DNA of 64,000 nucleotides, taken from Fibrobacteria bacterium. Its GTDB lineage: Bacteria; Fibrobacterota; Fibrobacteria; UBA11236. A program made the position numbers and the translations under genes. Location: NCBI GenBank assembly GCA_043745805.1, contig JAYTSD010000045.1, positions 1 through 64,000 on the forward strand, written 5' to 3'. The notes below the pieces were generated by a model, which saw only the letters and a program-made list of their open reading frames with translations, was not told the DNA's origin and did not search any database. Position 1 is the stretch's first letter. Each line of letters opens with the position of its first letter. Positions 19,189 to 28,514 of this stretch are shown in pieces.

Positions 19189-20475
19189 GTGAAAAGTAAT
19201 ATTCTCGCATTAATAATTACCAGTTTTCTATATGCGACCCCAGTGCTTGTACCAGGCGTCTGGACGGATATTTCGCCATCAGGCGCATCAATCAGTAAAC
19301 AAGGATTTCTTGCATTCGCAATTGATCCCACTAATCCCAGCACCCTTTATACTGGAGGATGTGGGGTTGGTATATGGAAAACCATTAATGGCGGTGAGAG
19401 TTGGACCGCGCTTGGGAACCTGAGCCAGATGGGAACCAATTGGGCAACTACTACGAAATACATCGACAATCCAGTTTTTATTGAAGTCGATCCGAATAAT
19501 CCGAAACACTTATATTCTTGTCACACCGGATGGTGCGGTTCTGGTCAGACCCAGGGTTTTTGGGTTTCCACCGATGGTGGAATAAATTGGGAAATGCCAG
19601 AAGGATTTAAGCGCGTTGCGGGTTTGCCTGGAAGTAGCACGGATGTAGGTGGATTCGTAGTCGATCCGGGAAATTTCAATCATGTATTACTTTCTTTGCA
19701 CTATACTCCGAATGATCAATTTGGTTTTTTGGAAACTACCGATGGCGGAGCAAACATGGTGGTGCATCCTTATCCAACAACTGTTCCAGCAGGGACAAAG
19801 GGTGTTACTTTTTTACACAACACAAAATTTGGGATTGGTAATGAGAGTACCTGGCTTGTTACTACCGAACAAAATGGTTATTGGCGTACTTCTAATGCAG
19901 GCTTAACCTGGACCAATGTAGCACCGACCCTTGCCGGTGTGCATGGTGGTCTTCGCGATGTGTACTATACCAGCACGGGTATGCTTTATATGGGCGGCGT
20001 TCCATATCCAACCCGAAGCACAGATAATGGCCTTACTTGGCAAACCGTAAAGAATGGCCTTTATGGTTACTATGCAATTGTTATAGGGGATGGCAAACAC
20101 CTTTATACCTCAGCCAGCCAATTGCTCAGTTGGTCGCAAGAATCGGATGGTGAAAATTGGACTGAAAACAAAAAGTTTCCGGGAACAGTGGGTACTATGC
20201 GATACGATACTCTCAACCACATTTTGTATTCCACCGTGTTCAGTGCGAATGGTGGCGTATGGGCTCTTAAAGTAATTGATTCGGGTACCGGTAATTCTAA
20301 GGATGCACCATATAAACCAATATCAACTGCAAACCGTTCGCAAAAACCTTACAAAATAATTCCAGGATTGAATAATCGATCCATTATAAAATCCGATATT
20401 TTGCGTGATACCAGAGGCAAGCATATAGACAACAAAGATGTTGGCAAACAAGTATTGATTGTGAAACCTCAATAG
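19189..20475 (+). CDS. Secreted Asp-box beta-propeller protein, paralog 3
   Basis: GVWTDISP; Asp-boxes; GVWALKV; tail RDTRGKH; GTG start after AAGGA. Confidence 0.85.
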   Translation: MKSNILALIITSFLYATPVLVPGVWTDISPSGASISKQGFLAFAIDPTNPSTLYTGGCGVGIWKTINGGESWTALGNLSQMGTNWATTTKYIDNPVFIEVDPNNPKHLYSCHTGWCGSGQTQGFWVSTDGGINWEMPEGFKRVAGLPGSSTDVGGFVVDPGNFNHVLLSLHYTPNDQFGFLETTDGGANMVVHPYPTTVPAGTKGVTFLHNTKFGIGNESTWLVTTEQNGYWRTSNAGLTWTNVAPTLAGVHGGLRDVYYTSTGMLYMGGVPYPTRSTDNGLTWQTVKNGLYGYYAIVIGDGKHLYTSASQLLSWSQESDGENWTENKKFPGTVGTMRYDTLNHILYSTVFSANGGVWALKVIDSGTGNSKDAPYKPISTANRSQKPYKIIPGLNNRSIIKSDILRDTRGKHIDNKDVGKQVLIVKPQ

Positions 20476-20494
20476 TATGGTGAAAGGAATTTTT

Positions 20495-21805
20495 ATGAAT
20501 ATGCAAAAATGTAGAAATCCAATAATAGTAGTTTTTTTGATACTCATGTCTGGTGCCTTCATACAAGGCAATTCACAAACAACAAACACTTGGACTGATG
20601 TTACCCCTTCTGGAGTTGATAAGCTAACGGATTATGGTACCGAATCTATCGCAGTAGATCCTATGAAGCCTTCGGATTTATATACCATGTTCATGTTGCA
20701 AGGTGTTTATAAATCCACCGATTATGGAAAGACTTGGTTTGGGCCGATTAATACCGGAGTCAAAGGAAGTGAAATGAACGGCGGCGGCGGATTATCCATT
20801 GCTTCGGGCGGTAATGGAAACCCGCCTATATTATATGCAGCTAGCATTCGCGGTTCTGGTTTAGGCTTTTGGAGGTCAATGGATGGTGGGGTAAATTGGA
20901 TGCATTATAATATTGATCCAGCCCCTTCAGGTAGACAAGATGTTTATCCTCCTGCGGTTGATCCTTATGATTCTAAACATCTTTTAATTGAGGGTCATGA
21001 ATATAACGGATTATTTGAGAGTTTTAATGGAGGTGAAACTTGGAGTAAAGTCACTTTGAATGCAAGTATGAGTTCGAATGGAGGAACTTCTTGGATATTT
21101 TTTATTAATACCGGAAATGCGACTACAACACGGAAAACCTTTTTGTTTATCGCGCAGCAAAATGCAGGAACTTGGCGAACTACCGATGGCGGAGTAACCT
21201 GGGCAAAAGTGGATAATAATTGTCACTTACATGGTACCTCGCAAATTTATCAAGTGGGTAATGGGGTCATTTACATGGCGGGAGTTTATTCTGCTTTAGG
21301 TTGGGGCGTTCTGCGAAGCGCAGATTATGGACAAACATGGGCAAGTCATGTGGGCATGACAGGTCAACAAAATTGCACATTTGGGACACCCAACAGAGTG
21401 TATTCCTTAAATGGTTGGGCTTGCAAGAACTGTGATATTGATCCCTCTTTTCAAAGTGCTTTACAGCCCGGCACTTCGGGATGGGTCTCTTATCCAACAC
21501 CGGTAGGGATGAGAAATGGAGGTACCGCAGCCGTGGCGGTAACTTATGATGGATCGCAATATATTTTTGTGGCAGCCCAATGGTTAAGCGGACTTTGGCG
21601 TTATGTAGAAGATCCCTCTGCTAATGCAAGCATTATTATCAGCAAAAAAAATGCAGCATTCGCACCCATGCGTAAAGCCTATGGTTTGATTGCTGAATCC
21701 CAAGGGACAAATGTTGAGAACAATAGTGCCATTTATGACATTAGTGCGAAACGAATTAATGTCGATAAGACGGCGAAACAAGTAGTGATTGTGAAAGAAC
21801 GATAA
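20495..21805 (+). CDS. Secreted Asp-box beta-propeller protein, paralog 4 (most divergent)
   Basis: TWTDVTP; Asp-boxes; GLWRYVE; tail YDISAKR; start chosen at ATG 20495 after AAAGGA (track start 20477). Confidence 0.83.
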   Translation: MNMQKCRNPIIVVFLILMSGAFIQGNSQTTNTWTDVTPSGVDKLTDYGTESIAVDPMKPSDLYTMFMLQGVYKSTDYGKTWFGPINTGVKGSEMNGGGGLSIASGGNGNPPILYAASIRGSGLGFWRSMDGGVNWMHYNIDPAPSGRQDVYPPAVDPYDSKHLLIEGHEYNGLFESFNGGETWSKVTLNASMSSNGGTSWIFFINTGNATTTRKTFLFIAQQNAGTWRTTDGGVTWAKVDNNCHLHGTSQIYQVGNGVIYMAGVYSALGWGVLRSADYGQTWASHVGMTGQQNCTFGTPNRVYSLNGWACKNCDIDPSFQSALQPGTSGWVSYPTPVGMRNGGTAAVAVTYDGSQYIFVAAQWLSGLWRYVEDPSANASIIISKKNAAFAPMRKAYGLIAESQGTNVENNSAIYDISAKRINVDKTAKQVVIVKER

Positions 21806-21824
21806 AAGATTATAGGAAAATTGA

Positions 21825-23486
21825 ATGAAAGTATTCTCTAAAATATTGGTATTTCAATTGGCATTTTTTTGTTTGCTGCCTTTTGTGATTTCAGCTCAAA
21901 CTGTAAGCATATCGGGAAGCATTGTGGATACGGCAACTTTGGTTGGTGTTCCTAATGCTGTGGTTTCATTGCTGGAAGATGCTTCCATTAATGACACTAC
22001 TGATGCCCATGGCCATTTTTCATTGGGTGGAACTGCAAGTATTCGATCAGAAAATACACCACCAAAAAAATCAATAATTATTCGAGGTAATATACTCCAG
22101 CTTGATAATGCAAATCAAAGTGATGCAACAACAGTAAAGGTTTATAATTCTTCGGGAATGCAAATTTATAGTGCGCTAAATTCAAGTTCAAATGGGGAAT
22201 TTACTTTTTTAGATTTGTGGCATTCCTCCGGTTTATACTTCATCCAAGTTGAATCCGAACATACAAAAAAATTCATAACTTGCTTGGCATCCGAAACAAC
22301 GATGAGGCCTACTATACTAGCTTCCGGCAAATCAATAAATTGGCTTAACAAGAGATCCGCAACATATACTTTGAACATTGCAAAAACAGGTTATGGCACA
22401 AAACAAACTTCTCGAGTCAATGGTGTGTCAACTTCAAGTATTATAAAGGTACAAGCGCTTCCCGTAACACATCCGATAACACCTATGCCCATTATCAGTC
22501 AAAATGTTCCAGCCTATTCATCGGCCAATGAAAATGGATCCAATGCAATGGCAGCCAATGATACCAATCAAAGTTCGGCATGGTCGGCAAATGACGCAAT
22601 CGGTTGGTTGGCCTATGATTTATCCTCTAAGCCATTAGCAGCACGGCATATGGTTTTACTCGCTTGGTATGATAGATGGGCTGGCGATTACTTTTTTTAT
22701 AATGGACAAAATCTTATTAAAGATTATAAAATTGAAATCAATATGGCTGCCGGTGGCGGATCCGTACCTACAAGCGGCTGGATTACGGTACTTGCCGTGA
22801 ACAATAATCAGCATAATTCCCGTCAACATGAAATCAATATGCAGGGTGCGAATTGGATTCGCATCAATGTATCCGCAAGCCATCTTGGTTCGGCAACTCT
22901 GGATATGGACATATATGATGTGTCTAATGGCATTACCGATTTTTGGTTACTCATGGGAGACTCCATTACTTTTATGGCTATGCAACGCAATGGCAATAAT
23001 TTGCAGAATCGGGTACATGCATTTAAATCCACGGCTTGGCCGGGAATCGCTTGTGCAGCTGAAGGCGGAACGAGTAGTACTACCGGTTTGCAAATAATCA
23101 ATGACGTATTGGCTAGTTTCCCAGGAAAATTTATCACGCTTAATTATGGCACCAATGATCATCCGCAAGATGGCGACGTATCCTTTTTTAATCGCATGGA
23201 TACATTGTGTATGAAAATTATTGCCGCAGGCAAAACACCCATTATTCCCACTATGCCTTGGCCGCGCAATAGCGATAGTGCTTCAGTAGCCATGCAAAAA
23301 ATAAATATGATTAATCAGTTATATGCCAAATATCCTACACAACTCATTCGTGGTCCGGATCTATGGAAATTATTTAAGACCAATCCCGCCTTAATCGCCC
23401 CAGGTGATGTGCATCCAGGTGGAGCGGGACAAGATAGTCTGCGTGCGCATTGGGTGGCGGCTATGGATGGTTTGTATGCACATTAA
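21825..23486 (+). CDS. Secreted SGNH esterase with N-terminal carboxypeptidase-regulatory-like domain, internal CTD-like segment and discoidin-like domain
   Basis: MGDSIT, NYGTND, DVHP; signal peptide; internal VYNSSG...SGLYFI. Confidence 0.8.
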   Translation: MKVFSKILVFQLAFFCLLPFVISAQTVSISGSIVDTATLVGVPNAVVSLLEDASINDTTDAHGHFSLGGTASIRSENTPPKKSIIIRGNILQLDNANQSDATTVKVYNSSGMQIYSALNSSSNGEFTFLDLWHSSGLYFIQVESEHTKKFITCLASETTMRPTILASGKSINWLNKRSATYTLNIAKTGYGTKQTSRVNGVSTSSIIKVQALPVTHPITPMPIISQNVPAYSSANENGSNAMAANDTNQSSAWSANDAIGWLAYDLSSKPLAARHMVLLAWYDRWAGDYFFYNGQNLIKDYKIEINMAAGGGSVPTSGWITVLAVNNNQHNSRQHEINMQGANWIRINVSASHLGSATLDMDIYDVSNGITDFWLLMGDSITFMAMQRNGNNLQNRVHAFKSTAWPGIACAAEGGTSSTTGLQIINDVLASFPGKFITLNYGTNDHPQDGDVSFFNRMDTLCMKIIAAGKTPIIPTMPWPRNSDSASVAMQKINMINQLYAKYPTQLIRGPDLWKLFKTNPALIAPGDVHPGGAGQDSLRAHWVAAMDGLYAH

Positions 23487-23550
23487 GGATTCCATAATCT
23501 TCAGATTGCTTTTTCAAGGCCTTTGAGTTTATCAAATTAAGGTGGGTAAC

Positions 23551-24798
23551 ATGTATTTTCAGTTTGCTTTTGGAGTACTATTTTTTGTTGCTGGGATACT
23601 TGTGCGATTTGGTTTCGCAAATCCCGCACTTACAGCGGGAACCTGGGTTAAAATTTCCCCTGCTAAACTTTCGCCTTGCACGGATTTACAGTTTGATCCT
23701 ACTAATCGCTCAACGCTTTGGGCTGTTTATGGAGACAGTGGTGTATATAAAAGTGAAGATGGTGGAGCAACGTGGATAAAGCGAGGTAACCTACCCTCAT
23801 TAGGTCGTGTACGTATTGATCCAAAAAATCCTAATCATCTGTATTATATTGGTTCCGTTTCTTCAGTGGCTACGCAGAGTTTTTATGTGACTACCGATGG
23901 TGGTGCTAGTTGGGCTATTCCGGCAGCCTTCAAGGCCGGTGCTTCAAAGTGGACTTATGATATGTATAATATGGCCGTTGATCCATCCGACTTCAATCAC
24001 GTCATTATTACGACGCATGGTAATTGGCCTGGCTTTGGGGATGACGCAGGCGTGCTCGAAACTAAAGATGGCGGTGTTTCTTTTATAGCACATAATCCTC
24101 CTACGGGTATCAATCATGGACAAGGAATTGCTTTTTTAAGTAATCCTGCAAAAGGAATAGGGAATGGTAATATTTGGTTAGTAGGATGCGGTTATGCTGC
24201 GGGTCTCTTTCGAACAGCTGATGGTGGAAGCACTTGGTCAAAAATAAGTTCCACTATTCAGGATAATCATGGGGGATTCGATCTTCACTACTCTATTACT
24301 ACTGGAAACGCTTACTTTGGCGCGATGGCGGGGATTTATCGCAGTACGGATAATGGACTCAACTGGACTTTGCAAACCACTGGAGTGCCATATGCTTGGT
24401 ATTCCAGTGTCATCAGCGATGGCTATCGCCTTTATAGCGGCCAGTCATTTGTGGGGGTCACTTATAATAAAGCCTATCTAACCAGTCTTGAAGGCGGCAC
24501 AACCGAAGGCATAACATGGACTGATTATAGTTCGCAAACTTTACCCGAGGGGCCATGGCGTATGGAATATGATGAAGTGAATCACATTATTTATAGTGCG
24601 ACATGGAGTGGTGGGGCTTGGGCTTTAAAAACCAATAATCCTGAAACGTCTATGGTTAATCGTGGTGATGCTGAGGGCATACAAAAAGATCTGTCAGTTA
24701 ATTCCATTTGTTTGGTAAAAAATAAATTGGTGGTAAAACACATGGATGCAAAGGGTAAAACCCAATTATATAATTTCAATAGTTCACAAATAAAATAA
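23551..24798 (+). CDS. Secreted Asp-box beta-propeller protein, paralog 5
   Basis: GTWVKISP; Asp-boxes; GAWALKT; start at ATG 23551 (track GTG 23542). Confidence 0.85.
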   Translation: MYFQFAFGVLFFVAGILVRFGFANPALTAGTWVKISPAKLSPCTDLQFDPTNRSTLWAVYGDSGVYKSEDGGATWIKRGNLPSLGRVRIDPKNPNHLYYIGSVSSVATQSFYVTTDGGASWAIPAAFKAGASKWTYDMYNMAVDPSDFNHVIITTHGNWPGFGDDAGVLETKDGGVSFIAHNPPTGINHGQGIAFLSNPAKGIGNGNIWLVGCGYAAGLFRTADGGSTWSKISSTIQDNHGGFDLHYSITTGNAYFGAMAGIYRSTDNGLNWTLQTTGVPYAWYSSVISDGYRLYSGQSFVGVTYNKAYLTSLEGGTTEGITWTDYSSQTLPEGPWRMEYDEVNHIIYSATWSGGAWALKTNNPETSMVNRGDAEGIQKDLSVNSICLVKNKLVVKHMDAKGKTQLYNFNSSQIK

Positions 24799-24800
24799 TT

Positions 24801-26087
24801 ATGCATAAATCAAAGATATTTTATTTATTTGTTCTATTTGCTATTTGTTTTATTTTGGCAAATCCAATTCTCATGCCTGGTGTTTGGAAAGACATTACCC
24901 CTTCGGGCTTAACGCTGGCGACTGGCAATGGAAATTGTTTAACGTATATGATTGTGATTGATCCCAGTAATTCGTCTACACTTTATTTAACCACGACTAC
25001 AAATTTTAATATGCCTAATATTTGGAAAAGTACGGATGCGGGATCAACTTGGAAAAATCTTGGTGTGCGTAATGGCATAACCAAAGGGCTTGCCTTTGGC
25101 GATGTGCGCGTCGATCCTAAAAATCCACTTCATCTTTATACGATTGCGGAGCAAGGTGAACAAGAAGGGTTTTGGATATCCAATGATGGGGGAGTAAGTT
25201 GGACACAACCGGCTGGCTTTATGCAATTGGTTTTAAGTTTAACGCAGGGCCATTTTATTTCGCTTTATGATATTGCCGTGGATCCAAAAGATTTTAGCCA
25301 TGTATTGATTACTTCTAAACAACCTGTTCCTGTAGTTGCAGAAAGTAAGGATGCAGGACTTACTTGGGTTGTACACAATGTGCCGCTAAAAACTGTGACG
25401 GCTGATTTCAATATTTTCTTTTTATACAATCCAGCTTTGGGTATTGGTGATAAAAACACATGGCTTTTCACCTCCTTTTATGATGGATGTCAGCGCACTA
25501 CAGATGGAGGCATTACCTGGACCGAAGTTATTCCTGCAAAGGGAGTAGCCTGGGGGATACCTCATCAACAAATCTATTATGCAAAAAAAACCAAGATACT
25601 TTATATGGGCAATCAGCCTTATCCGCTACGCAGCAATGATAATGGGGTAACTTGGCAGCAAATACTAGCTGCTGGCTTGGCGCCGGGCTATGGTTATTTT
25701 TTTACGGTTATGGGGGATGGCGAAAATTTGTATACGGCCCATTCGAATCTTTGGGGATATATGCAAGGCCCTACAGTTACCTCTAAAGAGACGGATGGTC
25801 TGATTTGGACGCCTTATAATAATGGAATGCAAGTATTAACCAATGGACCCATGAATATGGTCTTTGATGCTGCGAATGGAATTATGTATTCCACCAATTT
25901 ATATGGTCTTTTAGCTCTTAAGGTTGTTGCAACAGCCGCCAATACTCATAAATTAACAGTTTCGAAAAGAGCTTTGGGTTTAAAACCAAATATTGTCATG
26001 GGAAAAGCCGGAGCCAAAAGTACAAGTAGAAAAGCAGAGACTAAAAATAAAAATGAATTCTACGATGCCTTGGGCGCAGAAATGTAA
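24801..26087 (+). CDS. Secreted Asp-box beta-propeller protein, paralog 6
   Basis: GVWKDITP; Asp-boxes; GLLALKV; tail FYDALG. Confidence 0.85.
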   Translation: MHKSKIFYLFVLFAICFILANPILMPGVWKDITPSGLTLATGNGNCLTYMIVIDPSNSSTLYLTTTTNFNMPNIWKSTDAGSTWKNLGVRNGITKGLAFGDVRVDPKNPLHLYTIAEQGEQEGFWISNDGGVSWTQPAGFMQLVLSLTQGHFISLYDIAVDPKDFSHVLITSKQPVPVVAESKDAGLTWVVHNVPLKTVTADFNIFFLYNPALGIGDKNTWLFTSFYDGCQRTTDGGITWTEVIPAKGVAWGIPHQQIYYAKKTKILYMGNQPYPLRSNDNGVTWQQILAAGLAPGYGYFFTVMGDGENLYTAHSNLWGYMQGPTVTSKETDGLIWTPYNNGMQVLTNGPMNMVFDAANGIMYSTNLYGLLALKVVATAANTHKLTVSKRALGLKPNIVMGKAGAKSTSRKAETKNKNEFYDALGAEM

Positions 26088-26098
26088 ACTATGCAGCG

Positions 26099-26137
26099 AA
26101 AAACATTCTCACAAAAAAGCTTTTATGAGAATGTTTT
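26099..26137. terminator. Probable bidirectional terminator
   Basis: AAAACATTCTCA...TGAGAATGTTTT inverted repeat between convergent genes. Confidence 0.65.
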
Positions 26138-26176
26138 ATGAGTTCTAAAGTTTAGGTTTTAAAATAACCTTGTGCT

Positions 26177-27958
26177 TTAGTTTTGAAAAACGTATTTAAT
26201 AATAGGGACTTTAGGTAATACTTCAAATGGATTACCCGATAAATCCTTGATGCCCGTCAAGTCAATTTGTAAAGTATCGCCCATACTTGATTTACCGGCA
26301 GTAATTTCAAGGGTGATTTTTGCAGTTCCATTATCAATCCACATGAAGCGTTTTAAAGCTGCGAAATAGTTTGCATCATCAGGAGGAAAGCTAAAACTAT
26401 TGCCACCTTCAATGATGCGAATAACTGGAGTTTTAGTAATATCTAAAGGTTCCTGAATATCATTTTCTGCATTACGTGGAATATCAAATAAAATTGTTAC
26501 CGTTCGCGTATTAATATTATTGGTATTATCCACACTTGAATCTTGTGAAAAAAGTCCAAAACCAAGGAAGTTATTGCTAATGCTTGGCTTTACTTGGTCG
26601 GATAGAGTAATAATAGCGGCTCCCACATAATTTGGATTGGGTTTAGTATTATGAGGCACCACCATATGTTGTCGTGCTAGAGGTTTTAAGGTATTCGAGA
26701 CCATATTTAAGGTTATTACCGTATCCATAGTGGAATTGATAAAGGTCCATAAAGAATCAACACTCTCTCGAAAATAAACATCATAGGCTTCATCATTATT
26801 GGCTTTATTCCATAATAATCGATAGCTACTGGTATTATAATCCAATATATTCGTGTCAATGATTTGTCCGCGCGAAGGGATAAAGACATTGGCCCTTGTA
26901 TGCAAATTTGTTACAGGAATTAGTGAATCGGATCCCAGTAATGTAGCGGTTACGGAGATAATATTGTTAAATCCTCCTAATGCACGTCCCTGAATATCAA
27001 AAATGGAATTGAAAGTAACTGAATAAGTTGAGTTTGATTTCCAATCGGATTGATAGGGCCTTATAACCAAAATAGTTTGATTGGCTTCCCATGAAATTTG
27101 CGGGGCTAAGAAACTATTGGAAAAGGATTGACCTATGGATAATTCAATGGCTTTATTGTTTAAAAGAGATGTATCTACGGGACTAGTGAACTCAATTTTT
27201 AGCGGTGATCCCTTGACTAATTTAATGGGAGAGGGTGTGATGATTTGGAAGGCACCCATTTGTGAAGGGTTAAGAATAATTACGGGAATAGAAAATACTA
27301 TGCCCACATTTTGCGTATTAAATTGTTGCGAAGATTGGGTATCAAGTCCTAGTTGATAACTTTTTCCTGCAACTATGAATTCTTTACTGCGAAGTGCAAA
27401 TGAGGAAAGTTCTGGCAAGCTATCAAAGCGGAATTCTCCATTGGCTAAGGTTGTGGTTTTACGAATAGGATTTGCAAAATTACCTATGAGTACCAATTCA
27501 ATTTCAATATTTGCTGCGGTTTCAAGCTTCGGTTGTGAGCCTAAGGATTTAATAAAGAGTCTACTTTTGATACTTGCACCCGATTTATTAAGGGCAATCG
27601 TTGTGCTAAGTGTTATAGGTAAAGGGGATTGCTCGCCCATAACCGCCGGTGACAAATTAATTTCAAATCCTTCATAGCCATTTTTATTTGCATGCAAAAG
27701 ATAGGAGCCAGTTTTTACATTCTCAAAATTAATTTCGCCGGTAGCCGAAGTTTTTCCACTAGGTCCACCAACAATACTAATATTGGCATCAGCAAGCGGC
27801 ATTTGCGTATAGCTATCAACCACTTCAAGAATAATATTTCCTTTGGCCTCTTCATTACCCGTGTTATTAGTAGTGGCATCGCAGCCTAAGAGAAAAAGGG
27901 ACATGCTAATAGCAAGAGCAAATGAAACAAAAGTTTTTTTTCGATAGGAAATTCGCAT
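26177..27958 (-). CDS. Surface lipoprotein with carboxypeptidase-regulatory-like, Ig-like and FN3-like domains
   Basis: Lipobox LLGC; GSYLLHANKNGY; IEFTSPVD Ig-like motif; LLWNK...YDVY FN3-like. Confidence 0.65.
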   Translation of the reverse strand: MRISYRKKTFVSFALAISMSLFLLGCDATTNNTGNEEAKGNIILEVVDSYTQMPLADANISIVGGPSGKTSATGEINFENVKTGSYLLHANKNGYEGFEINLSPAVMGEQSPLPITLSTTIALNKSGASIKSRLFIKSLGSQPKLETAANIEIELVLIGNFANPIRKTTTLANGEFRFDSLPELSSFALRSKEFIVAGKSYQLGLDTQSSQQFNTQNVGIVFSIPVIILNPSQMGAFQIITPSPIKLVKGSPLKIEFTSPVDTSLLNNKAIELSIGQSFSNSFLAPQISWEANQTILVIRPYQSDWKSNSTYSVTFNSIFDIQGRALGGFNNIISVTATLLGSDSLIPVTNLHTRANVFIPSRGQIIDTNILDYNTSSYRLLWNKANNDEAYDVYFRESVDSLWTFINSTMDTVITLNMVSNTLKPLARQHMVVPHNTKPNPNYVGAAIITLSDQVKPSISNNFLGFGLFSQDSSVDNTNNINTRTVTILFDIPRNAENDIQEPLDITKTPVIRIIEGGNSFSFPPDDANYFAALKRFMWIDNGTAKITLEITAGKSSMGDTLQIDLTGIKDLSGNPFEVLPKVPIIKYVFQN

Positions 27959-28115
27959 TTAATCCTCAAGAAAGTAAAAAACGAAAAGGCGTTGTTTAAA
28001 TATCAAAATCGGTTCTTAATGCCGAAAGTACGTGCTTGTCAAAACTAATTATTCAATAGGTAAAAGCAAGGGCGAGAAGATTCAAAATCAATCTAGTGTA
28101 GCTCTAGAGAGGATT

Positions 28116-28502
28116 TTATGATTTCAGGTTAAATAAATAAGCTTTTCCTAAAAAATAGCCACCAAAAGTAAAGGCTAAAGAAATAATATTACTAAGTAGA
28201 ATATTGCTTAAAGCATAGCGAAACATTCCCGTGCGTAATAAATTCATGTTTTCTAAACTGAAACTGGAAAAAGTTGTGAAACCACCCAATATTCCTATCA
28301 TTAAAAAAAGTCGTAAATTTATTAATGTGGTTTTACTTTCAAAATAGGCGGCTAGTAAACCAATTATTCCGGATCCCAAAATGTTTACTCCGAAGGTACC
28401 CCAAGGAAAAGCAGAAACAAAAAAATTATTTATTTGTTTCTGTGCCAGATAACGCAATACCGATCCTAATGCTCCACCGAGAGCAACCCATAAATAATTC
28501 AT
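28116..28502 (-). CDS. crcB: Fluoride efflux channel FluC/CrcB
   Basis: GGALGSVLRY, FPWGTFGVNILGS, GGFTTFSSF. Confidence 0.96.
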   Translation of the reverse strand: MNYLWVALGGALGSVLRYLAQKQINNFFVSAFPWGTFGVNILGSGIIGLLAAYFESKTTLINLRLFLMIGILGGFTTFSSFSLENMNLLRTGMFRYALSNILLSNIISLAFTFGGYFLGKAYLFNLKS

Positions 28503-28514
28503 TTACCCCTCGTA

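Noticed and set aside
15338..26087. Calling the propellers sialidases (GH33) or xyloglucanases (GH74)
   Set aside because: No RIP motif; too short for the two-propeller GH74 architecture
7513..27958. Prophage or integrative element explaining the accessory cluster
   Set aside because: No integrase, phage genes, flanking tRNA or att-like repeats seen
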